A DNA stretch of 64,000 nt from Blasia pusilla (taxonomy: Eukaryota). The stretch spans positions 21,886,001 through 21,950,000 of the forward strand of contig CM114271.1 of the NCBI GenBank assembly GCA_050084515.1, written 5' to 3'. Numbering within the stretch: the stretch's first letter is position 1; each line of letters begins with the position of its first letter. The position numbers and the translations under genes are program-made. Positions 37,801 through 49,473 of this stretch are shown here, in pieces. The notes under the pieces are model-generated. The model was not told the origin of the DNA and searched no databases. It saw only the letters and a program-made list of their open reading frames with translations.

Positions 37801-40800
37801 GGCTTCATGGTGATACTAAGGATATGGGAAGAGGAGGGGTAAATGCATATATAAACGGATGGAAAAAGGATATACCTAAGGGTGCAATGATGGGGACAAC
37901 CATGAATTGAGCATAAGTAAGAAATAAGGATGACATCTGGAGATAAACGATGGAAGGGAGTGTATCATGAAAAGAAGTTACTTGGGGATTGTTTGCTACA
38001 TTACAACATATGAAACCCTAATGCTTACATGCGAAACCCTAATAAGAACATGAACATATAAAACAAAATAAAAATACTTCACAATAAGAGCCATGATGTG
38101 GATCAAAACAAAGACAACGTCAAGCTCGTCCTTTTGACATATAATATCCTCTCTCCTAGACCCTCCTCACCGCCCTGCCCTTCCCACTACCTGCACCCAC
38201 TCTAGCCACCCGTTTACGACCGCTCCAAGTGCTCGATGATGCCCAAAAACCATTATCACTTTCCCCATGCATTCTGCCGCATGCGGAAAAATCCAAAACA
38301 TTTGGGCTATAAGGTCTCCCGTACAACGCAAATTGCTCCAATATCGCAAACCAAGACCTCACAGATGGGAGTTAATGTGGGTGGTCTTAGGAGAACCGTA
38401 GTAACTCGTCTAAAAGCCATAGTGAAGCGGAGGTGCTAGAACCCCACGACCATGGGGGTGTTCTAATGTTGCATTGATGTAGTGTCGTATTTAGAAGAAC
38501 TAAACCCACTACTAAAATGTGCAAATGTTTCATTTTGGAAAAAATACTAATCTAAAACCTGAAACCCTTTCCTAAACCCGCTTTCATTTAGAGGCTTTCC
38601 ACCTTCAAATTTCGGCAAAATGAATCAGAAACCTCCAATCTACATTTTTAAAATCATCTTCAATTATTCAAGAAGAATTTTTCATCCTCCCTAATCCTAT
38701 AGTCTTCTCATTTTTCTCTTTAAACTCCCTTTTTTTCTTAACCATGCTTCTCTTAACTACTAAAGCATAAAATCATTGTAACTATGGAGGGCCCCTTCCC
38801 ATGACATTGTCACTTGCCATGAGATCATAATTCTATTCACATGATGGTTCCAAATGAGGAACCTATAATGGATTCATCTTCATTATTTGAATCTAGAAAC
38901 TCATGCCATGTCATTGGTATATACCTAGTATGCCATGCATTTTTTTAGATGGGCATGTACCTCTCTTGTAGCTACACATGACTCAACGCAAGCATAGGAG
39001 ATGCACATGACACACACACACTCCGGTCTACGACATGCAAATCTAAAAACTTAATCTCAAAGGCCAATTTAAGTTTTGTCCAAAAAATGCACACAAACAA
39101 TTGGTAATCTTTTTTCCAAAGAAACACCAGCAATGGTAATCACTATTTTGTGTGATTTTTTTAAGGAGTGGGAAAATCATTGTTGGTAGTGAGAGTATTG
39201 TATAATCTTGTTTATTCAATCCTTTTTTTAACAAAGATCTTATCCCCTTGGCTTCACTGGCTGGATTGTCATCCCGGTCTATGTCACATCTTCGAATTAA
39301 GAAACATAAAAATAAATCTTATTTGAAGGACTTGGGATAAATTGTCAACAATGCAAGAAAAAATTGTCCAAGCATAGGAGATGATGTCCTAAGAGAAAGA
39401 CTAATTGAAATGACAGATATTGAAGGGTAATTCACATTGGTAAAAGGGAGAAAGTCTATGAAAAATACTCTCAAGGAGATTCTTTGTCAATATACTTCCC
39501 CCCCCTTGAACCCGTGTCCATCCCCTTAGGAAAGGAAAAATACTAATAAAACTAAAAAATTAATCATGCTCAATCCACAAAAATTAGAGCATGATTAAGG
39601 CAATTTCACATGCATCAGTAGGGACAAAAGGGGAAATAAAATTGGACAAGATCATCAGGCATCCCATCAAACACAAAAAGATAATGACTTGAACTAGGTT
39701 GGGTTATTTCCCTACTTTTTCGAATGTAGTAGGTAGATTGGGCACATGGTGTGCATGCTTTGGATTTGATAAAGTTGGGGAGGGATGGTTGGTTGTTTTA
39801 CCTTCAAACCCACGTCATGAGAAAATGCTCGACACATAAAAATATGGAGTAAAATGCTCAACACATAAAAATATGGAGTAAAATGGGAGATATGTATCAA
39901 GATAGGAAATACGCCAACCAAATAGAACTTAAGGAATACCCTATTGAAATGTCCAATACCAAGGATAAGATAACGTCATCTTAGTGATCAAATAGAGGTT
40001 TTCAATATTGGTTTCCTCAAACCCATTGGAGCCTTTGTGCTTGAAAATCCGTATTTATTAAAAGAAATACAAAAGTAAGAAAAGATTCTAGAAATCCATG
40101 TTTACTCCAAATACAAATGTATGTATTAGTGTTTCACTTGCTTTTTATTGCATTCTTTTACTCACTCCACTACCCTACTTTTGACTCTAGAGTCTAGTTC
40201 CATAGGAAGTAAATGTCACATGTTCATACATTTATTTACATATCTATATTTCTAATTTTGTTGATTATTTGAATTTCAAACGTGAAAATTTTAAATTTTT
40301 TAATGGGAAGACTTAAAAGAAATACATGAATTTAGAGGATCAAAAATCTTTATGCAATATAGATCTAGGCATGTTTTTGGACTTGAGGAGAATTACACAA
40401 GATGTGTGTTGTGAAGTTTTTATGAATATTCCAAAATCGCCTATACCATGATGACCTTTGGCAAATACAACTTTAACTGAAGTTTGGAGAAAATTTATGA
40501 ATTTTTGAGGCATACATCTCCAGATTTATGAGTTTTGGATCCATACTAACATGACTATAAATAGATAATGTTTGCAAGTCTAGAGATCTAGGAAGTACTC
40601 ATAGATTATCCGAAAGACATTCACGCATTTGTGAACGTATTTGCAAATAATGTTTAGCACTTGTAATTTGTGAGTGGAAAGACCATTTCGTTACCGTCTT
40701 AGAAGAATCCAAAAAATATATAGTAAAACTACTCGCTATATGTGCACCAAATTGTGAGTCCAAAACAATACTTTGCTAGTGTGTTATGAGTCGCACACTC

Positions 40801-41013
40801 AATAAATTTTGAGTGCATTCAAAGTATGTGGTAGGTAATTTGCAACTCCAAGTACTTAAAAAGTCTAGTAAGAAGCGAGTGCACCTTTGCGAGGCACTCT
40901 AAAAGTACTCACAAATATATTATATAGTTGAAATCCAAAAAATTTTAGAGCACAAATAATTTGATGACAACAACATTCCATCACAAAACATGAGGTTAAG
41001 ACTTGGAGAATAT

Positions 41014-41018
<5 letters not shown>

Positions 41019-41050
<32 letters not shown>
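41019..41050. repeat. (TA)16 microsatellite
   Basis: Read directly from the sequence. Confidence 0.98.
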
Positions 41051-41054
<4 letters not shown>

Positions 41055-43929
41055 TATATCCAATATGATGGTATTAAAAAAATTGAGTTTGTAGAACTAG
41101 AAACTCAGGCCATATCATTGGTATATACCTAGCATGTCGTGCAATTTTTTAGATGGGCATGTACCTCTCTCGTAGCTTTTGTTGAGGTGGGGAAAATACA
41201 AATCCTTTCTTAAAATTAGTTTTAGAACTTCTTCATATAGGTTGTGAATAAATCTTCAACGCAAAAATTGAAACCCAAATAAAACTAGGATTACAAAATT
41301 AAGGGGAATCCAAATTTTTTTAAAAGAACTCAACACATGTAAGAGGGAGAAAGAAGATTGGTTTCGGAGGTAAAATTAACAATGTTAGTAAGTTTAGCCC
41401 ATACGAAAAGGTTTCACCTAAGAAGTCTTAGGATAGTTTAAAAGTTTTAAAGGTAGTTTCTAAATTTCTACCTCTTACTTTTGTTTGGTTCATTTGTGTA
41501 AGGGATTTTAAAGCCACATACATAGTATGCCCCACCTCATTCTTAAGTTTAAATGGAGCTCATCGTAAGAAAGTTAGATAACATGGCACAAATCTAAGAG
41601 TCTCTATCTAGGAATCTAATAAATGAGAGGTGTGTGAAAATTATGCTATATATTGCAATAAGTTCCATCACATAATCACAAAGAATACTAAGAAGAAAAG
41701 GTCTAACGTCAAGTGCTAGTATTCCAACCATCAAAGTACACGTCAAAATGAACAAAAGCTTCTATGTCTAATACCATCACTAACTTGCGGTTGGGAATCC
41801 CTTAACATATTTGTGGAGGATAATTTTTCAATCTAAACTAGTTGCATGTTCGGAACTCCTCCATCTTTTTTAACATGTGTTTCGAGGCTTATACTGTTAA
41901 ATCCCTAATGAGTATCAGTTAAAAATCTGCTCTAAAGATCCTTTAGTTTAGCGTATGATCGTATTTTACTCAACGTCACTTGATCTTCATAATATCATGC
42001 TATCTATCCTTGTGAAGGTCAACCCCTCCATGCATTATAAGTTCAAAATTGGATTGCATTGTAAATCTAACACAAATTAAAACAAGATTAGCTATCTATC
42101 CAACATATGAGAAAAGACCTACTTCCCTATTTAGTTTCAAGGACTTTTAAGAATCCCACCTAAGTTATTGTTTATTTTACTCCCCGGTCCCCCCCCCCCC
42201 CCTTTCATTTGAAAAAAATGAGGAGAAAGAAAAAGAAAGAGAAAACAAAATAGTTTTTCTAGTGGGCCCCCATTCTTTTCCCTCAATACATCTTCCACTT
42301 GAATCCCAATCGCAATGAAATTGATCCTAGTGGATTAAACTTGATCATATATGCTATCTCTCTGCCAAGCCCTATGAGAGATAAAACATGTTTTGGATTC
42401 GTGCATCATATACCAATTATCCATCAATCTTGATGATGAGCCGTGTTTAGTTGCATGCAACTCATGACGCATCCACTACTTTTGACAACCACATATCTCG
42501 CAAATGGTTCCGACATGGTGATCAAAACACTATCTAGTCCTACATCTAGTGTGGTCAAGGCTTGGGCTGTTTCCTTTCATTTCTTAGGACTTCATAATAT
42601 ACTCTTAAAGATAGAAAAAAAAACTCTTATGAGGACAAGGACAGGTGAAAAAACCACGAGTGGAAAATGAGGCAAGAATTGCACAAAAGAAGACAAAAAA
42701 AAATGGCAACAACACAAATTGAAAACAAGGAGAAGTAAATAAATTCAAAAAACTAGAGTATGAATATTTTGAAACTTCCAACAATCTATAATTCCTAATC
42801 TTCACAAAAAAGTGCACTTAGAGTTTACTTTCTCAACTGACCACTATTTTCCATCATCGTTGGAAACTTAATGTTATTGGTAAGTGGGTATAAGAAATTG
42901 TTTTTCATAAATATGAGTATGGAAATTAAGGGGAGAGGTATGTTGGTAGATCCAAAATGCGATAATGGATTAAGCATAGGTAAATGGAAAATCATGATGG
43001 ATTCTCGAATTGTGCTCATAAAATTCTTCTTGGAATCAACAATCCTTTCATATAAAGACAAAACAAATACTATGATATAGGAAAGAAAAAGTCCTCAAGG
43101 ATAGAGATGAACCAACAACTTTCGAGCACTTTAACCAATTTGAAAGCCCATAAACTTTAGTAAGAAGTCACATTCTTGAAGGTGAGGTATGTACTCTTAA
43201 AAGACGGAATAAGAAGGAGGTTCACTTTAAAGTATTCCAAGATTTTGAAATTTTGGCTTCTATGTCATTTCTCTTGGAAAGAAGGGCAAGGGAGATTTAC
43301 TATCTCATCAAGTTGTAAATTTTCAATATGAACATATTAAATATAGAGTTTGAGAAAATTAAAAATATCAGAAAATTACCAAAATTGGAAAAAATTGGAA
43401 AAATAATTATTCTTAAAAGTCATTTTGATTATATGATCAAGTAGATAAGGTTCTAAAATCTTGGATAAAAATTCCGAGATCATGAATCATATAGGCACCA
43501 TATCATATTCAATTTGCATCAAATATCTCCATAGGATATCCCATATTTTTTCTTCTAAGTAATATTATTATAGTAAGTATCATTGTTTGAATATTTGGAA
43601 ATAAAATATAATGATACTACATACTTTATGAACATAAGAGGAGAATTAGATGTATTAATGTCATGTAATGATGTCATGAAGGATTTAAAATTTTCCACTA
43701 ATAATGGAATCTAATGTCATTCTTGAAGGTTTTGGATGGAATAGTAGTATAGATTTTATGTCCTTTCGTATGACAATGGAAAATGAAACGTTTCTACAAA
43801 ACAATTCCCACTAGGAAATGGAACACATGAACAAATCAAAAATAAAACATGAAGAAAAATGAGAAGTCCATGTATTCAATGTACCAACTAGGATGTATGA
43901 TGAAGAAAATTAGTTCTAGATATATGAAA

Positions 43930-44520
43930 TCTTGGGATTGAAAGTCTAGGATCTCTCACCGCCACTCACGATATTGAGCAGATTATCATGTTTTGTATTG
44001 TTCAAGAGAGCAGATTCCATGTGCTCGAGCATGTGATGCACCACACCATGCGGGATTCCCTCATTTATTGTGATCTTTGTATGATGTGGGAGGCTAAGGT
44101 GGCGGTGGACGATGTCATAGTTATTGATTATATTTAAATCTTTTTTTGGGCATACGTGTCCCATGGTGGCATAAGGGAGATTGCTACAAGGAGCGGTGAT
44201 GATAGTGGCAAAGAAGGAGACACAACTTTATAATCACTTTCAAGAAGGACATCAATTAGCCCCACTAGCCATAGAGATTCATGAAGCTTTAAGGGAGAGG
44301 TTTAACACTTTTATTTCCAACGGTGATTATCTTCTCTATTTGAGATAGAGATTGTCTTTAACAACTGCGTTCTTATATTGTAGATAATGGGTCTCCATTG
44401 CTTTGCATCATGCCAAAGCCAATGGGGTTGTGAGATGGGATCCAGTTGTGGGAGACACTACTACTCAATCGAGGCCCTCTTGATGGTAGTTATCTATATT
44501 ATTTTTAGAGATAGGCCTCT
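43930..44520 (+). mobile_element. Second, oppositely oriented 3' fragment of the RLE-type non-LTR family
   Basis: Plus strand translates ATHDIEQIIMFCIVQESRFHVLEHVMHHTMRDSLIYCDLCM...DDVIV. GGGTCTCCATTGCTTTGCA (~44389) matches the reverse complement of ~36103-36121. Confidence 0.7.
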
Positions 44521-45879
44521 TGGCAACAAACACCTTGCAAGGCCACACATGTCCTATCTTATTAGTAAGTCATATCTAACTAACTTAGAGCAACATGTAC
44601 AACTCTTTATTGGTCCACAAATGGCTCGAGCATCAAATAGTGCTCATTTATGTGTAGTTGATATTTTTTGATCTTGTTGAGTTTACCTTGTCGGGGATCC
44701 CCTTTTTTCTTTGCCCCTCGCCACATGTAGCCTTGGTGTTACTAAATTTTGGAGTTTTCCTCTTTACACTTCCTATGGGTTTCCCATCTCCTTTTATCAA
44801 TTTCTTTATTTTTTAATAAAAGAAAACCTTCATTATCTTCAACATTCTAATGTTTTCGTTGATGTCTTCTACATAGCCATGTCTTCATTTTGAACAAACC
44901 TTATGATGTAGATGGGCTACATTTGGCTTTGCCTACACGATCATGACTATCTTTTGTACCAACTTAATGATAGAGATGGGATGCCACTCAACACTCATGG
45001 CCACACGTATCTCTGCAAAACCTTTCAAGTCTACACAATAGCAAGCAATTACTTGATAAAAGGAGTAGCGGACTTGTACTTGATAAAGGGAGTCATAATT
45101 TAGTCAAATTTCCCTCCAATTATAAAATAAAGAAAACTTATTTTCATCTATGAAAGAATATTTTTCAACACTTTATAAGAAGAGAACTTGTTGCATGTGT
45201 GAAAGAGATACTTATTGATTGGCATTTTATGACTAGATAACATGGAGGTACAAAGTATGAGTTTTTACCTATGTACAAAAGTCATAGATCTATATTATTC
45301 ACAAAAATTAAGTTTAGGAGATGTAAAATATTGTATTGCCACCACATCTATCTTTGAAGTTGATTTTCTATTGTTGACATAATTTGTTCTTCTAAGGTTA
45401 TTTTATTTTCTTGCCAAAATGATTTTACCTTTTTTCATTTCAAGAAGATTTTTTGTTCCTTTTTCGTCATAAAAATTTCCCATCCACTTTTTTGTTGTTT
45501 TTTCTGAAAATTTTCTTTATGTGTCACAAAAGAACTAAAATGATCTTTATCCCAATCATTACCAATGCTTGGGAGGTAGAACGCTTTGTGCAAGTGCGAG
45601 GTGTATTTTTTGCATTGTCACTTTTTTTTCCTACTATTTTGGATTGTAAAATAAGTTTTGGCCAAAAGTTTCCTCTCCATTTCCCATCACCCACGCCAAT
45701 TGACCACCCTCACGGAGATTTTGGGAGGTACCTTAAAATGAAAGATACCTTGAAAAATAATCTCTTTATTTAGAGTGTTTTGTGTTAGGAAAATATGATT
45801 TTATTTTATTTTCCATTTTGAGTTTCCATAAAAAATAATGTTATATAATAACTTTTTTTTTTCTGAAAGTCTCCTTCCG

Positions 45880-47180
45880 TTCCACAACTCATGAGAGCTG
45901 AGTCCCACGGAGTTGTGGAATACCGGCTGAAACCGTCGGCCAGCCGGTTTCAGGGCAGGGAGGGCCGTTTCCAGGGTAGGGATGGCGCAAAGACGAAAGC
46001 CTCAAGAGGTCGGACTTCTTGCGCCCAAAATTTTTGGACGCAAGAAATCTGAGGACCTCGTCAAATTTCTGCGATTCCAGCGGACAAACACATCATCTTA
46101 GCCGTAGAATCGGTATAATCTGGACCAACTGCCACCTTCGATGAGCAACGCTGGCCCATGGGATAAGGCTCCAAGAGGCTGATCCCATGGAGGGATGCAT
46201 AGGCAAAACTGAGGCATGACCTCATTTTTGCACCCAAAATAATTTTCCGTTGGAGAATGAAACAAAACCCATCGGTCGTATGTAACTACTTTTGGTTATG
46301 AGCAGATGGAGGTCGCTTTATGGCCAAAAAATGGTGGGCGCATAAAAACTCGAGACGCCTCCATGCATAAGATCACGCCCTAAGGGCCGGGTCCCATGGG
46401 CCAACGTCGGTGCCCGACGCTGGTCCTTGTTAAAGCAGATCTCCATCGGACGGTCCAGAATTTTTGTCCTGGCCGGAGTCGGTGATTTGCAAAGAGAGTC
46501 TTTGGTTTTATCCGGCAGTCCTTGGTTTTCTTGCACCCAAAAAAATTGGGCGCAAGAAATGATTTGCGTCCTCGCGACCTCCACAACCCGTTGGGGACGG
46601 TAGAAATTTGAAAAAACTGGTTCAAGTTCTAGCCGTTTTTGTCGTTTTTGTCGCTTTCTTTTGTCGTATTCTACCAACCGGTTGGAAGGAACCGGCTGGA
46701 AAGCCGCCGCCGGCGAGCAGTTCCAGCCGGGCGGGTGAGCTTTTGGGGTCGCAGCGACCTTAAGAAGTCGCCATCGACCGCCCTAAGGGCCGGATCCCAT
46801 GGGCCAGCGTCGGGCACCGACGGTGGTCCTTGTTAAAGCAGATCTCCATCGAACGGTCCAGAATCTTTTGTCCTGGCCGGAGTTGGTGATTTGCAAGCAG
46901 AGTCTTTGGTTTTGTCCGGCAGTCCTTGGTTTTCTTGCGCCCAAAAAAATTGGGCGCAAGAAATGATGTGCGTCCTCGCGACCTCCACAACCCGGTAGAA
47001 ATTTGAAAAAACTCGTTCCACTTCTAACCGTTTTTGTCATTTTTTTGTCATAATCTCCCAACCGGTTGGAAGGAACCGGCTGGAAAGCCGCCGCCGGCGA
47101 GCAGTTCCAGCCGGCGGCGGGAACTGCTTCTTGGGGTCGCAAGCGAACCCAAGAAGTCGCCCATGCGACCCGGCCCTAAG
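45880..47180. repeat. GC-rich, palindrome-dense element: two ~403-bp tandem copies plus an inverted partial copy
   Basis: CGCCCTAAGGGCCGG at 46376 and 46779, with a third partial start at ~47172. 46000-46190 matches the unit in reverse complement. Multiple perfect internal inverted repeats. Confidence 0.85.
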
Positions 47181-49473
47181 TGACTCCCAGAACTTCTAAA
47201 TGACCACGGACCGAACGGAACGTTGTTGTTGCGAGCTCATCTCCGTTCCCTTAGACTCCCGCTCCGGCGTACGCCTTACGGGGGTAATCTTCACAAAGCA
47301 ATCCAATACATGCGCAATTTGCGTGGAGGATGATGGAGGAGAGGTCGCGAGTAATAACTGAGAGGTTGGGTCGGCACTCGGAATGACGAGGTGGTGGGTA
47401 GCGTGCGTGCGCGAGAACGGCGTGGGAGTCGAACAAACGACGCTGAGTGTGGAGGGCCATGGGCCCTAGGAAAAGGCGAAAAAGAGGAGGGGAGCGTTCG
47501 CGCAGTGAACTAGGTACAGTAGGACTTTACGCAGGAACAGTGGCGGAGTTCCCGTGCACACGGCACAAAGAAAGACGCGGCGAGGCGCTGCTTCCGTGAT
47601 CTCATCTGTTCGCCCGAGGATGCGGAATGCTCATGAGGGAGCCCGGCGACTGCCCAGGACGGTTGTATTCGTTCGTTCGTGTCCCTGGCGGATGTGCCAT
47701 CCAGCGGGCGCCGGAAGAGTGACAGGTTTCAGATGCATGCTCTGATGTAAGGACTGTTGTCCGTGGATCACGGCGCTGCTATTCTTCCCATTCGTCTCGT
47801 TCGGCTGCGAGCAGGACTCGCAGCGCATCTCGGGGTTCGGATGTCTCTCTTCTCTGCTGGATCTATCGCATGCGTCACTCCGACGGGTAGCGGATAGCCT
47901 CTCTGTGAAGGATTCGCTGAACCACTTTCAAGCCGGAACGGTCCTTACGAGACCGGCAGACTTTAGAGTGCTGCTTGGAGAAACCGGCATTCTTTGTAAA
48001 AGGTGCCGGTTCCCAATAGTGTCGTACTGAATTGAAATCCACGGGCCACAAAAGTCGGACACTCGGAAATCATCCGACCCCACTTATAGTGCCAGTGGTT
48101 GTGAATAAATTAATCAGAAATTTTAGAGAATTTAAAGGATAAGGAGGGATTTTAGCGGGGATTAGTAAGGGTTTCAGGTTTATTTTGTAAGTCAACGGAG
48201 GGAAAACTAACCAATTAGCAAAATATAGTAATAATTCTACAGGAGAGACCTATTATCCGATGGACAAATAGTTTGTGCACAGGAGACACACTGGACGCGA
48301 CGGAAACCGATTACACTGGAGGAGGCTGTTATGCGCTGGAGATAAATTTTGTCCACAGGAAGAAAGCTGGGCGCGACGGAACCCTCTAGGATACGACTGG
48401 ATCACATTTTTAAAAACTGAAAAGCCATGCGTATCTCGAAAAGAACAGGCGGACTAAAAAGAAGTGTCCTCACATGTTAGGACTAAGAGAGTGACTTTTC
48501 TTCCACGATTTCCGCGAATTGCTTTCACAAAGAGTGCGATATGGGAGATTCTTTTCCTCGATTCCTTCCCAAGGGTTTCCATGATCCCTTCGAAAAGAGG
48601 TCACACTGGACTGATGACAGAGTTGCTGTCTACCTCCGAGATCTAGTGCCCGAGGGAGTTTGGCCACGGCGGGAACCGCAGGCAGTTGCAGACCGTGGCA
48701 GTCCTACCGGGAGTGGTTGCTCGGCGGTGCCTTGACTGTGACCGGTCGCCGGAGACGACTATCTACGATCCCCATTGTAAGGGGAGATGAAGTAGGGCTT
48801 AGTTTGACATTTGCGTATCACTTAGAAAGTCAAGGACATTCATCGACTCGGGTTTCGCAAACTCAAAGATTGGTACAGACTCGAATCGCTTCAAGAATTC
48901 CACAAGTTACTTTTTGCATACATTTTACTGCACGAAGATGCTTCCAACCATGCTCTGCCACGCGCAAAGTTTGTCAATACGCACTCGTAACTTAGTCCCG
49001 CAACACATCCATGCATGAAGACTTTGCGCTACTAAAACAGAATCTCGGGCATACAAGAATCTAAGGGTGTATACCTTTACGGTCCAGCATGTCAAAGTCC
49101 CACCTCAAAAGAGTAACTGCCTCAAGATGGGTAGGAAAAGTGACCAGATGTTTGGAAGTCAACACAGGTTTTCACCCACTCATTGACCAGATTGCGATTC
49201 GATAGTCCAAAGTATACATGGTGACTCACAGTGCCGCCAAACTGCTGTAGACTGCTCGGTTCAACAGTCCCATACTTCTAGCGACGAAATTGCCCTGCCT
49301 TCCTAAATTCGCTCCTTCCAGAGTGTTACTACATCGCAGTGAGTCAGCAAAACTTCCACCTCATCCTCTAACAAATTGACTCTCCAATTTGTTGAAATCG
49401 ATGAGCCCCAGCGTCACCTAGACTGAGTTCCATGGGTTTGAAGTCACGCCTCTCCCTCTGCTTTTGAGGCAAT

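Noticed and set aside
41180-41335. TGTTGAG...CTCAACA 156-bp solo-LTR candidate
   Set aside because: No TSD (GCTTT vs CATGT) and no adjacent PBS or PPT.
46318-47142. Duplicated ~119 aa minus-strand ORFs
   Set aside because: Translations of the 403-bp repeat; frames are not preserved between copies.
48275-48995. Cluster of short ORFs downstream of the YebC-like gene
   Set aside because: No recognisable domain or consistent exon chain.
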